Shown here one piece after another: positions 27,244 to 36,615 of a DNA stretch of 60,966 nucleotides. Made by a program: the position numbers and the translations under genes. The stretch is taken from the IMG/VR virus record IMGVR_UViG_3300044998_000129, positions 1 through 60,966 of that record; one strand, written 5' to 3'. Every line of letters begins with the position of its first letter. Within the stretch, counting starts at the first letter, position 1. The DNA comes from a virus. Taxonomy: Duplodnaviria > Caudoviricetes. The notes beneath the pieces are model-generated. The model ran no database searches, was not told where the DNA came from, and saw only the letters and a list, made by a program, of their open reading frames with translations.

Positions 27244-27977
27244 GCTTCGTTGGTGCTAATGACGCCACCTGACATCTGAACTCTTCGGCCGGTTGGTTTT
27301 GGAACTTTGGGGCCGACCGGCCACCGCGATGAAACAAGTCGTCGCTTAGAAATCGGCACGATTGAAACTTGGTCGTTTTGATTTGCTCCAAGAGCATAGT
27401 AATTATTTTTAGACTCCCCGGCATAGAATGCAAGATGCCCTTTCCAGCTTGTAGGCGATTCGCGCCAAAAGCGGAGAATTGATCCTCGCTGTGGCGGAAC
27501 TGCTGTCCCCCAACGATCCCAATTAGCAGATAGGAAAGGATTGTCCGGCATATCCATTTCTGGATAGACCCGGAGCAATGCTGTCTGCACAAAGTCAGCG
27601 CACCAAGGAACTTCGGCCGGATCACCTACAGTTGATCCGTCACTTTTAAGCCACAGCGACAACTCTCGATTATGTTTCTTTTCATGCTTACCGATCATCG
27701 CCAAGGCTTCTTTATACCACGGCGGATCAGCACCTGGCTCGTGCAAGATTGCAGTCTTAATCCCAGATGTATCACCTGTTAGTTTTGCCCATGTAACAGG
27801 TCCAACATTATCGTTAGGGGAAAGACCAACTGATCTTTTGAATGCGATTACAGCGGTGCTGGTGTTGAGACCAAAAATTCCATCTTCTTTCAAAGGCTTT
27901 CCGTTGTAGCCTTTGAATTCGCGCTTGTTTAGTTCAGCTTGTAGCCGCAGAACTTGTTCTGTTGTCAAAGCTGTCAT
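27240..27977 (-). CDS. Endolysin: peptidoglycan-binding domain plus TIGR02594/CHAP-like peptidase
   Basis: DGIFG.NT..AV..FK...GL...VGP.TW; PWCADFV, KGHLAFY, LGANQ; start ATG 27977. Confidence 0.88.
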   Translation of the reverse strand: MTALTTEQVLRLQAELNKREFKGYNGKPLKEDGIFGLNTSTAVIAFKRSVGLSPNDNVGPVTWAKLTGDTSGIKTAILHEPGADPPWYKEALAMIGKHEKKHNRELSLWLKSDGSTVGDPAEVPWCADFVQTALLRVYPEMDMPDNPFLSANWDRWGTAVPPQRGSILRFWRESPTSWKGHLAFYAGESKNNYYALGANQNDQVSIVPISKRRLVSSRWPVGPKVPKPTGRRVQMSGGVISTNEA

Positions 27978-28279
27978 GGCTGGCCTCCGTGGGGCGGATA
28001 GGCGTTGACGCGATGGAAAACAACCTTCTTCTTTCCGAAGATGCGTTCTAGGTAAGCCCAAATGCCAAAGATCGCCGTAATCATCGGGCCGATTGCTTCA
28101 AAAAACGGCATCAAGGTCGAGACAAACTCATCTGCGTTTGGAATCAAACCAAACAGCTCCAACACGGTGGCCAGAGGAATAAGAAAGTTTGCATTCTGGG
28201 TTTGGGCAAGACCTGTCAAGCCAGCAAGCAGCGCAGCCCAAAACGAGCGCGTTTCAAGAAAATAGATCTCTTCTTTCAT
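27974..28279 (-). CDS. Putative holin
   Basis: 2-3 hydrophobic helices, basic C-terminus, directly upstream of the endolysin. Confidence 0.65.
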   Translation of the reverse strand: MKEEIYFLETRSFWAALLAGLTGLAQTQNANFLIPLATVLELFGLIPNADEFVSTLMPFFEAIGPMITAIFGIWAYLERIFGKKKVVFHRVNAYPPHGGQP

Positions 28280-28280
28280 A

Positions 28281-28565
28281 TCAAGCCTCCACGAAAGATT
28301 GATTGAACAGTTCATCTGAGTAAACAGTGATTAATTCACTGTCAAGCTGAACAATCCAGTCTCCGTTAGAGAACGGATAGGATATGACAGTATCGTGGTT
28401 TTCGTGATCTTGGGAGCAGCGGGTGTGTTTAATATAGACTTTGTTCTCTTCAAAAGAAAGTCTACCCGCATTGATGTGATCTTTAAGCCAGTTTGGCGGT
28501 TCTTTTCGAACAGCATTATTGACTTTAACAGCTTCGTATACTGTTGGTTTCTGGATATAAGGCAT
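28281..28565 (-). CDS. Conserved phage protein (KP.V.EAV...GDWIV...F...F family)
   Basis: GGAG RBS, ATG 28565. Confidence 0.75.
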   Translation of the reverse strand: MPYIQKPTVYEAVKVNNAVRKEPPNWLKDHINAGRLSFEENKVYIKHTRCSQDHENHDTVISYPFSNGDWIVQLDSELITVYSDELFNQSFVEA

Positions 28566-28579
28566 CTTTAAGACTCCTA

Positions 28580-29878
28580 CTACGGGATTAGACCAACTCC
28601 GTGCCACGAAACATTAAGATTATTGTCAATAATGTTCGTGTTTGGGTTAACCGGCGGATTGATACCGAGAAATGCACGATAAGAGTGCTGAATCGTTACG
28701 TTGCCGAGTGCAGGAAGAAGAACAAACTGCCTGAGTATCAAGTCAGTTGTATCGACAATTATTCTTGCACCGTTTGGACCTGATGCTAAAGCATGAGCGA
28801 GAGGCCCACCGCCACCGTTAACAGATATTTGGCCTTCAAAACGAATAGTATCGTTATCGGCAGCCTGCATCTGTATGTGGTATCGGTATAGCATATCGAG
28901 AACGATTGGAACTGGATGCGGGTTATTAATAGTGATGATGCCTGGGCCTGGAGTAAACGCAGGCGGAACAATGGGTATCGCGTTAATGTCAGGGAATGGC
29001 AAGTTGCCCTGACCTTGAACGCTTACCAAGTTTGGAATAACCGCGTCAATATCCAAACGCCGAACCTGACCGTTTCGACAAATTAGAACATAGTCGTTCG
29101 GATCAGAAGTATTAACGATTGGTTCGGTGCATGGCGTGAACGCAGGGCCGGGTGGGCCGGGCGGGCCAGCGGGGCCGGGGTCGCCTTGCGGGCCTTGGGG
29201 GCCAGCGGGGCCGGGGTCGCCTTGGGGGCCTTGCGGGCCAGCGGGGCCTTGGGGACCGGGCGGCCCAGCGGGGCCGGGGTCGCCTTGGGGGCCTTGGGGG
29301 CCTTGCGGGCCAGCGGGGCCGGGGTCGCCTTGGGGGCCTTGGGGACCGGGCGGCCCAGCGGGTCCGGGCGGGCCGGGCGGCCCAGCGGGTCCGGGCGGGC
29401 CGGGCGGCCCAGCGGGTCCGGGCGGTCCGGGCGGGCCGTTACCGCCAATCGGCCCCCTAATAATGTTTCCGTTTCCATCACAAAGAATTGCTGTAGAGAG
29501 TGGAAAGTTTGTTGCTGGATCAGGGTCGAAAGGTCGATTGCAGAGATGTGTCTGAATCCAATCAAGCAGCGAATCTTCATAGCTGCCAGCGAGCCATTGC
29601 TGGAACATTTGGGAAAGGTTGCACACCGCTCCGCAGTTCCAGTTACCATTAGGATTAAGCGTTTCAGCAAGGCAGAGGAGTTCTGCCTCGATTGCGTTAA
29701 TCTGTGCGGCTGTAATTCTAGCTGAACATCCTTCTGGAAGATAATAGATCGCGCACGACGAAGTGAAATTCGGCGATGGGCAATAGTAGTTTTGAACGTT
29801 GAGTGGATTGAGGCAGTTACCTAGCGGATCGCGAGTTTGAACTGCCCCCGAGCTGGGCTCAGGAATAATGCCGGGCAT
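28580..29878 (-). CDS. Collagen-like tail fibre
   Basis: Cys-rich N-terminus, about 33 G-X-Y triplets (29145-29445), beta-rich C-terminus. Confidence 0.85.
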   Translation of the reverse strand: MPGIIPEPSSGAVQTRDPLGNCLNPLNVQNYYCPSPNFTSSCAIYYLPEGCSARITAAQINAIEAELLCLAETLNPNGNWNCGAVCNLSQMFQQWLAGSYEDSLLDWIQTHLCNRPFDPDPATNFPLSTAILCDGNGNIIRGPIGGNGPPGPPGPAGPPGPPGPAGPPGPPGPAGPPGPQGPQGDPGPAGPQGPQGPQGDPGPAGPPGPQGPAGPQGPQGDPGPAGPQGPQGDPGPAGPPGPPGPAFTPCTEPIVNTSDPNDYVLICRNGQVRRLDIDAVIPNLVSVQGQGNLPFPDINAIPIVPPAFTPGPGIITINNPHPVPIVLDMLYRYHIQMQAADNDTIRFEGQISVNGGGGPLAHALASGPNGARIIVDTTDLILRQFVLLPALGNVTIQHSYRAFLGINPPVNPNTNIIDNNLNVSWHGVGLIP

Positions 29879-29890
29879 ATCTAGCTCCTA

Positions 29891-30751
29891 TTAAACAAGT
29901 TCCAGACCGACACCATACCAAGACGCTTGGAGAGCTGCAAATTGCATTGCGGACAGAGGATCGACAGGTGCGCCTGCTTGAACAAAAACGCGATAGCTAT
30001 GTGTAATAGTTCGAGAACCGAGCGCAGGGACATTAATAAACTGTCGCAAGTTCATCTGAAAGAAATCATGTAGACTTTCGGGACGAAGCGGACCCGTAGT
30101 TGTTGCATTCATCACACCAGATGGAACGCCATCAATGAAAATATTTGCTTCAAATCTGACGCCATCATTTCCGCCCGCCGTAAGCTGCATAATGTATTTC
30201 ATTTCTAGATCAACAACAATCGGAATATTAAATGGATTGTTGATGACAATAGAACCAGGACCAGGCTGAAACGGAGCGATCAGCGGAAGCGGCTGCACGT
30301 CGGCCATGTTCAAACTACCTTGACCGCTAAGCCGCCGAAGAACAGGTGTAAGGGCTGCCGGAGCGGTGCGAAATGCACCGCATCCGTTTGAATCGACTTC
30401 GTAAACAACTTGAAGAGCGTCATCTGGATTAGACGCCGCTGTAGGAACATAGTGTCCGCCGACGATCATTCGACGAGCAATTTCAACAACAGCCCGACGA
30501 GCGTTGTCAAGCCGGGAACAGTCATAGTCAAGACCAGAGCCAGAAACGCACGGGTCAGACGGATCATCTCCCGCAACAAGATTAAGGATTTCCGACATAA
30601 TCGCATTTGCGGCTGCCGGGTCAAATCGAGGTTGACAACGTGAGGTAGAATGGAATAGTTCTCCATTCGGTCCGCAGTTAACGGTATCGACATTCACAGT
30701 GTTCAGTGCATCCGAAGCAGGAACACCGCTGTTTGGAAAAATTCCGGACAT
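29891..30751 (-). CDS. Short tail fibre/spike, paralogue of 28580..29878
   Basis: Shared N-terminal NAI..E.L.L and C-terminal PGPG.I.INNP...SW.GVGL. Confidence 0.75.
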   Translation of the reverse strand: MSGIFPNSGVPASDALNTVNVDTVNCGPNGELFHSTSRCQPRFDPAAANAIMSEILNLVAGDDPSDPCVSGSGLDYDCSRLDNARRAVVEIARRMIVGGHYVPTAASNPDDALQVVYEVDSNGCGAFRTAPAALTPVLRRLSGQGSLNMADVQPLPLIAPFQPGPGSIVINNPFNIPIVVDLEMKYIMQLTAGGNDGVRFEANIFIDGVPSGVMNATTTGPLRPESLHDFFQMNLRQFINVPALGSRTITHSYRVFVQAGAPVDPLSAMQFAALQASWYGVGLELV

Positions 30752-30760
30752 TTCGCTCTC

Positions 30761-31684
30761 CTAGGTTCCGCAGCGATAGAGAATGTTAGGGCACTGTTTC
30801 TTCAGCAACGAACGGGCAATACATTCGGCTGCAAGGACAGCCGGATACACAACGATAACAGGATCACCTTGCTCGCATTGATAGTTCTGAGCCATAGCAA
30901 CATCAGGGCTTCGCTCTTGGCAAGCGTCCAAGGGAGGACAGCCGGGGAGCCATTCGCTTGTTTGACATATCTCAAACTCGACTTCATCACAAAAGCATGG
31001 GTATTCGTCAGCATCACAGTTACCTTGCAGATAGTCGAGCACTTCTTGCGGGTATGGAATTCTTGGTCTTACGGAAGCCCGAAGTGGCTCCAATACCCAA
31101 TTAATTCCGTCAAGAGTCTTTATGACTCCTCGTCTAGCCCTAGCTAGTGACATGAGGATTGCATGTTTAAGCGCACAATTGAACTCGTCGCTAAACGTTG
31201 GCTCGCAATAGATCGGTCCGCAATCACCTGGACGTTCAAAAGGCGATAATCCAAAAGAGGCCAAAGTCCTACAATGTGTCCTGTAGCAATCTTCCCAACC
31301 AAATCGTTCTAGCCAATCGTCTATAGTTGTAACGGCAGTTGCTGGATTAGCTTCGCGAATTGCAGGCCAAAGGATCGTCCTTGTCATTTCATTTAGGACT
31401 AGGCCACCGTAGACGCCATACCAAACCATCGAAAGGCATTCTGGCTCGAAGGGGCCTTCGCAATTAGGTGCGGTTTGTTGAATTATTTGACGAGCTTCCA
31501 GTTTTGCAAAATCCCACATCGGACCTGAAGGAAGCAGATCAATAAAAGAACATATTGTGTCACAAAGCGGAACGCAAAGGGGGTCGGGACAGCAGAAGTC
31601 GCCAGCTATACGACCGACAGGCGCCGCTCCCTCTGAGGTTAACCTTAATCCGCTTATTCCATAGTATAGCGCCGCCGTTGACAT
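30761..31684 (-). CDS. Baseplate wedge protein (Mu gp48-like), very Cys-rich
   Basis: LLPSGPMW, READP-like EANPATA..TIDDWLERFG; follows baseplate J. Confidence 0.75.
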   Translation of the reverse strand: MSTAALYYGISGLRLTSEGAAPVGRIAGDFCCPDPLCVPLCDTICSFIDLLPSGPMWDFAKLEARQIIQQTAPNCEGPFEPECLSMVWYGVYGGLVLNEMTRTILWPAIREANPATAVTTIDDWLERFGWEDCYRTHCRTLASFGLSPFERPGDCGPIYCEPTFSDEFNCALKHAILMSLARARRGVIKTLDGINWVLEPLRASVRPRIPYPQEVLDYLQGNCDADEYPCFCDEVEFEICQTSEWLPGCPPLDACQERSPDVAMAQNYQCEQGDPVIVVYPAVLAAECIARSLLKKQCPNILYRCGT

Positions 31685-32895
31685 TAGCAGAACCCTACAT
31701 CCTCCGGGCGAACGATTGTCAATTCGTTAAGGCATGGAAGATAGTCGCAGTCTGGCTCGATTCCACATCCATCAACGTAAGCGTTCTCTCGGTCAGAGTC
31801 GTTGACTAGCTCAAAACGAACTGCAAAGTTAGTCTGTGCGCCAAGAGCCTGAACAAGAAGCGCGTCTAGTGTTCGAGTCCACAGCGGCTGCGACGGCTCG
31901 ATAGTCGTAAAGAATTCGCGAATCAAGGAATCAACGGCTTTGAGCTGAGATGTTGATACGCAGTCCGAAATGTCGAGAAAAACGTTGATCGGTATTGGAC
32001 GAACCGGAACGATAGCGCCGCAAATACCGACCTCAACTTGACCGAGCCCGTATCCCTGCGGCGAGCCGAACATCCAGAGATTAATCTCGTCGATCACCGA
32101 CTGCGGAGCAATCCCGCATGGAAAAGTGTTATCAAACATTACATAAAATTCAAGTTTTCCACCGCAGTCTCGACAACCGCACTCACCAGCCGGTTCGCAG
32201 TCAGAACACTTGCAGCAAGAACCCGCGCGTTGAAGAGCCCGCGTTGCACAAGGCCATTCCAACAGCTTATCCCTTATCCACGCATTTGTAGCACGCGGTT
32301 GATAGCGAAGTCGTCTCAAATAACGTGCGCGAAAAGCCTCACAAGACTCGGCGGGAGCACCATTGCAAAACGAAGCACCACAAACTTCGACAGGTTTATT
32401 GACACCCGGAAGATTTTGATTTAACGTTCCAGTTTGCAATGCCTGATTACCAATTTCACCAGCGGTCAAAGATCGAACCCTAATTACAGCGGTTCCATCT
32501 GGGCCTATTTGATTCGGTTGCTGAGAAGGCGCTGCGGTAACGTAGGTTAGCGAACCGACAATGAATTCAAGCGGGGCTGGCAAAGCGGCTCCCGGAGTTC
32601 CTGTAACTTTGATGAAACCTTGCGCGAACGAAGCAGGTAGCGGATAAACTCCATCCGCCGCCGCAAGAGCGATGAGATTCTCGCAGCACGCGGTTCTGGG
32701 GTCACGTTCCTTCCATGCTTGTTCGGAAATCGCATAAAACTCCTCAGCAATAGCGTAGTTTACAGAAGCTGCATACCATTCGTTACTTTCTGGAATAATT
32801 GTAGCACCGCCGAGGACGGTGTTTGAAAATAGTTCCAAGTAACGGTTAAAAAGCGTCTGCGGGTCTGGCCGTTCAATCTTGCAACAGGTCGTCAT
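31684..32895 (-). CDS. Baseplate J-like wedge protein (Mu gp47)
   Basis: AQGFIKVTG.PG, AGEIGN, GA.AES.EAFRARYL. Confidence 0.9.
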   Translation of the reverse strand: MTTCCKIERPDPQTLFNRYLELFSNTVLGGATIIPESNEWYAASVNYAIAEEFYAISEQAWKERDPRTACCENLIALAAADGVYPLPASFAQGFIKVTGTPGAALPAPLEFIVGSLTYVTAAPSQQPNQIGPDGTAVIRVRSLTAGEIGNQALQTGTLNQNLPGVNKPVEVCGASFCNGAPAESCEAFRARYLRRLRYQPRATNAWIRDKLLEWPCATRALQRAGSCCKCSDCEPAGECGCRDCGGKLEFYVMFDNTFPCGIAPQSVIDEINLWMFGSPQGYGLGQVEVGICGAIVPVRPIPINVFLDISDCVSTSQLKAVDSLIREFFTTIEPSQPLWTRTLDALLVQALGAQTNFAVRFELVNDSDRENAYVDGCGIEPDCDYLPCLNELTIVRPEDVGFC

Positions 32896-33485
32896 TGCCA
32901 AACCCATCCGTTCGAGAGACGAGCGCCAGCTATACCGACGCGTGCGGTTACATTTTGCCTTCCGACAACAGTAATGTCAAGCTGCATCCGACTTCCGCCA
33001 ATATAAGAACCTTTGACATCAACAGAAACAGCAACGCCTCGCTCGATCAAACGCTCAACGGTGGCCTGAGCATAAGCAACAATTAAATTGATGTTTTCCT
33101 GAATTCGTCCAGTTGCTGGAATTGTTCTAAGCAGCGTTCCGATTGCTGTGGGACCACTGGTGATATAGCTCTCTGACCAATGCCCGCCTTGCGAACCCGG
33201 ACGATAACCGCAAGGTGTATCGGGGTTTCGACCGTCTGTCATCAGCATATTAATTATAATACCGCGAAGCCAATTTGTTGTTGAAATATTACTTTCATTT
33301 TCATTTGGAGACGGACAACCTTCAGGTATTGTAATATTACAACCCAAGTCGTCGCATGTATTGCGAATTGAAAGACCAGGCTTGCCGCATTCATATCCAC
33401 AAACTTCGTTCGATCCGCAAGCATCTGGCTGAGTTGCCCAGAATAAGCGGCGTCGATCTGGAACAGGCGATACGCACTTTATCAT
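32892..33485 (-). CDS. Baseplate wedge protein (Mu gp46-like)
   Basis: LMTDGR, GGHWSESY, IGTLL, LIERGVA..VDV. Confidence 0.8.
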   Translation of the reverse strand: MIKCVSPVPDRRRLFWATQPDACGSNEVCGYECGKPGLSIRNTCDDLGCNITIPEGCPSPNENESNISTTNWLRGIIINMLMTDGRNPDTPCGYRPGSQGGHWSESYITSGPTAIGTLLRTIPATGRIQENINLIVAYAQATVERLIERGVAVSVDVKGSYIGGSRMQLDITVVGRQNVTARVGIAGARLSNGWVWQ

Positions 33486-34078
33486 TGCGGGCCTCCGGTG
33501 TTACCAGTGCCGACTTGAACACCGCTATGGGTATGATTGTCACCAACGTTTGTTCCGTTGTGAGTAAGCGTTGTAGACTGAATATCAACAGACGGCGCTT
33601 GAATTGTCATAGGGCCGGAAGATTGAAAGACAATGTTTCCAGATAGCTGTATAGAAATATTGCCACCAGAAACGCTTATGAGAATCTCACTGTTTGGGCC
33701 GATTGCAAAGTTACCATCAGTAAGATGAGTAACCTGCTGATTGAATTCTAAGCGACGAGAAGGATCGGTCGGGTGCTGAACACCGCCGGTTCCCTCGGCC
33801 CACGGATGCTGAAGATTGCGAGGAATCGAAGCCAGCACCATTTTGTCGTTAACATCGCTGTTAAGAGACAACATAATCATTTCAGCATTGGCATCAGCCG
33901 GAAGATTAAAGCCGTAGCCAATGTTAAAGAGCGGAACTTCTTGGTCAAGTGTTCCGGTGCCGCGAACAGTCATGCTCGCACCAGCACCTGGAATATATTC
34001 AAGCGATCCCCAAATCCCGCGTTCAACAAGGTCTTGAATATCTCGACTTCTTGAACGGGGTCGCGTGAAGCTAGTCAT
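33482..34078 (-). CDS. Baseplate central spike (Mu gp45-like)
   Basis: YGF..P, C-terminal HTHSGV..G...TG.P metal-binding tip. Confidence 0.85.
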   Translation of the reverse strand: MTSFTRPRSRSRDIQDLVERGIWGSLEYIPGAGASMTVRGTGTLDQEVPLFNIGYGFNLPADANAEMIMLSLNSDVNDKMVLASIPRNLQHPWAEGTGGVQHPTDPSRRLEFNQQVTHLTDGNFAIGPNSEILISVSGGNISIQLSGNIVFQSSGPMTIQAPSVDIQSTTLTHNGTNVGDNHTHSGVQVGTGNTGGPQ

Positions 34079-35418
34079 TGAGCACCCGTAAACCCTGGGT
34101 CTAATACTAGTGGCGGGTTGCTGTTTTGTCCATCTATTTCTGACAAGAAACGGTTGCCTCGACCTGGACCAACGGAGTTAACAGGTTCGCCTAGCGAGGC
34201 TAAAGGTTCTAGATCAGGACCATACCAATACCAGTCTTGCGTTCCTTGCGGAGGTCTATCCCGCTCGCTATTTTCAGGAACATCAGAGAGAAAGTCAGAA
34301 CCAGAGTTTGAAAAAGCTGATTCAATCCTCGCCGGTTGGTTAGCCAGAGTTAGTGTCGTAAACACATTATCTGGCGAGCAAACGTATTCAAGAGAGATCA
34401 CTTCAAACTCTCCATATATTCCCGCTGGTGGAATTTCAACGTAGTGCTTAACACCAATGTCCCAAAAAGAGCCACTAGGCTGTTGAAGATAAAACACCTG
34501 AAGCTGGATTTGTTTTTCTTCGCCAGCACGCATATTAGCTTCGTATTCAGCTCTCTTTTGCAAAAGCTGGTCTGTTCCATCGCCATAAAGATGAACAGTT
34601 GTAGGTATAAATGCCGCAACCGCTTTATTAGCAACACTTTGGAGCGTCGGGAGAACAGCAGGAATACCCCACTGTCCTCTCTCGATGCGCTGCCCCTTAA
34701 CAGTAATCAAACTAGCTGAAGCGTCTAGTGCTTGTTCAGCTTGAAATTGAGTAATGTTAACTCCCAAAACAAGAGGATCGCCGGTAGTGGCCACCGAGCG
34801 GGAATCGGTCACGCGAAGCCGTCCGTCTCTCGTTTCGTAAGTGTAAAGGCTTGACATTTCACTAATACGTTGAAGCTCGTCGCTGACTGCTGCACCATCA
34901 CGAAGGCGAACTTTATCGAGACCAATTGTTTCTGCCTGCCAATCAAGTTCAACACGCCAAGGTGCGATAAGACGCTCAAAAACTTCACGGTTAGTGACGC
35001 GCAAAAACGTTCCAGTTTCGTCTTGGTGAGAGCTATCAATTAAATACTTTGTTTTCCCTCGACAAGTAAACGACACCCGATAGCTATTAGGGCCTGCATT
35101 AATTCCGACCGCTCCTTCGGCTATCGAAAGAGCATTGCTATTGAACTGACCGTCTGGATCGCGACCTTGCAAAGTTACCCTGTCTGTTTCATCTGTTCGA
35201 CGATCAAGATAGCCTGTGAACGCTAAATGGCCGCCGATATAGATTAAAACTTCACGACCAGTCTGCGCGTCATAAAGAACGGGTTCAGTTGGTATCCAGC
35301 CCATGAATATTTCAATAGTTGCCGAACCCGTCAGTTCGGCTTTATCTCGTCGTAGCCGAAGCGAAGTCCAACCGATTAGTTGCTTACGCTCAATGAATAT
35401 GACAACAGGCGGGATCAA
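34075..35418 (-). CDS. Baseplate hub (Mu gp44/P-like)
   Basis: GW.S....., FTGYLD, GKT..LIDSS, W.IG; TTG start after GGAGG. Confidence 0.85.
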   Translation of the reverse strand: MIPPVVIFIERKQLIGWTSLRLRRDKAELTGSATIEIFMGWIPTEPVLYDAQTGREVLIYIGGHLAFTGYLDRRTDETDRVTLQGRDPDGQFNSNALSIAEGAVGINAGPNSYRVSFTCRGKTKYLIDSSHQDETGTFLRVTNREVFERLIAPWRVELDWQAETIGLDKVRLRDGAAVSDELQRISEMSSLYTYETRDGRLRVTDSRSVATTGDPLVLGVNITQFQAEQALDASASLITVKGQRIERGQWGIPAVLPTLQSVANKAVAAFIPTTVHLYGDGTDQLLQKRAEYEANMRAGEEKQIQLQVFYLQQPSGSFWDIGVKHYVEIPPAGIYGEFEVISLEYVCSPDNVFTTLTLANQPARIESAFSNSGSDFLSDVPENSERDRPPQGTQDWYWYGPDLEPLASLGEPVNSVGPGRGNRFLSEIDGQNSNPPLVLDPGFTGAQ

Positions 35419-36615
35419 TTAGATTCCTCCAATCGCAGCGGCTACTTGAGGACCAATTCGACCATTATTTGCGATCAGGTTGAAGACTTCGAGCTGTCGA
35501 TGCTTCTTTCCGTCAGCGTAGATTGAATACGCTGCGACGAGCGGATGGACTGGCCCGTTGAAATTATATTGGATAAGAGTAGGCGCATTGTATGCTTTGC
35601 GATGAAGCTGCGTGGCAACATCATTCCGGAACTTCGTAAGTTCAAGGAAGAGGCAGTTGTTGCAATTTTCTCGGGCAATGGAAATCTCCTGGCTTAGCAG
35701 AGTATCAATCACATCAAGATACTCAAAGATAGTATCTAGACGAACGTCTTGCGCTTCAAACGCGCCTTGCGCCATATAGGCAGCAGCTATGATACGAACA
35801 TTTGAATATACTACATCCTCCATGCTTTTAGCGGGGTTTAGAAAAGTCGAAGTCTTTGCAGCCCCGTTAGCTAAAGCACGGAATACTTCAAATTGACGCT
35901 GCCCGCTAATGTTTAGCGCCACGGCGTTCATACCAAGCGCGATCCCTTTATCCATTATCTGCGTATCAGAAGCCATTATGTCGTCGTTAGCCAACATTTC
36001 CAAATCATACAAAATGCGATTTCTCGCAGTTTGATCTGCAACGGTGGCCGTTACTTCGGCATATGCCGAAGCGATAGCGACTATTTGATCTTGGGCCGCG
36101 TTAATTACAGCTTCTTTTCGAAATGGTTGTGCATTTGTGGGAGCATATGTTGCACTAAAGTTTGTTCGGCTGGTCGCAATTATTGGCGAAATAGCCAAAC
36201 CCAGAAGTTGACTGACGAGGCTTAGACCGTTCGGCCAGTTATTCGCCTCGACAAACTCCATATCAACGTATGTAACACCGCCTTCATCTTCAATGCGGTC
36301 GGAAACTTTAAGACTTACACAAGCAGCCGAAGCAATAACGCCGCGTGTAGGATGAACTAAAACACCCGGTCCTGGAAACTCGACAGCCGCGATAAGCGCC
36401 GCCGCTTCAAGGACATGATTATTGCTATCAAATCTTGCACGAATAGTATAGCGCCTAAGTTTTCGACCAAGGTCTGCATACGCCGTATTTTCACCAAAAG
36501 GAAATTCGCCCTCGGCCCCACGGCGTCCGTGTTGAGATTCAACGCTGATTGCCTTAAAGGGCACCAGCTTGTAACTTGCCGGGAGATAAGGTTCACGATA
36601 ACAGGCTTCAGCCAT
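35419..36615 (-). CDS. DNA circularisation protein-like tail tube initiator (Mu gp43-like)
   Basis: ASYK.VPF, GRR....EFP, DLGR, GPG.LVHP.RG, FVEA. Confidence 0.88.
   Translation of the reverse strand: MAEACYREPYLPASYKLVPFKAISVESQHGRRGAEGEFPFGENTAYADLGRKLRRYTIRARFDSNNHVLEAAALIAAVEFPGPGVLVHPTRGVIASAACVSLKVSDRIEDEGGVTYVDMEFVEANNWPNGLSLVSQLLGLAISPIIATSRTNFSATYAPTNAQPFRKEAVINAAQDQIVAIASAYAEVTATVADQTARNRILYDLEMLANDDIMASDTQIMDKGIALGMNAVALNISGQRQFEVFRALANGAAKTSTFLNPAKSMEDVVYSNVRIIAAAYMAQGAFEAQDVRLDTIFEYLDVIDTLLSQEISIARENCNNCLFLELTKFRNDVATQLHRKAYNAPTLIQYNFNGPVHPLVAAYSIYADGKKHRQLEVFNLIANNGRIGPQVAAAIGGI

Noticed and set aside
28580-30751. Diversity-generating retroelement TR/VR pair in the two fibre tips
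   Set aside because: Similarity is at protein level only, with no near-identical DNA repeat showing adenine-specific changes and no reverse transcriptase
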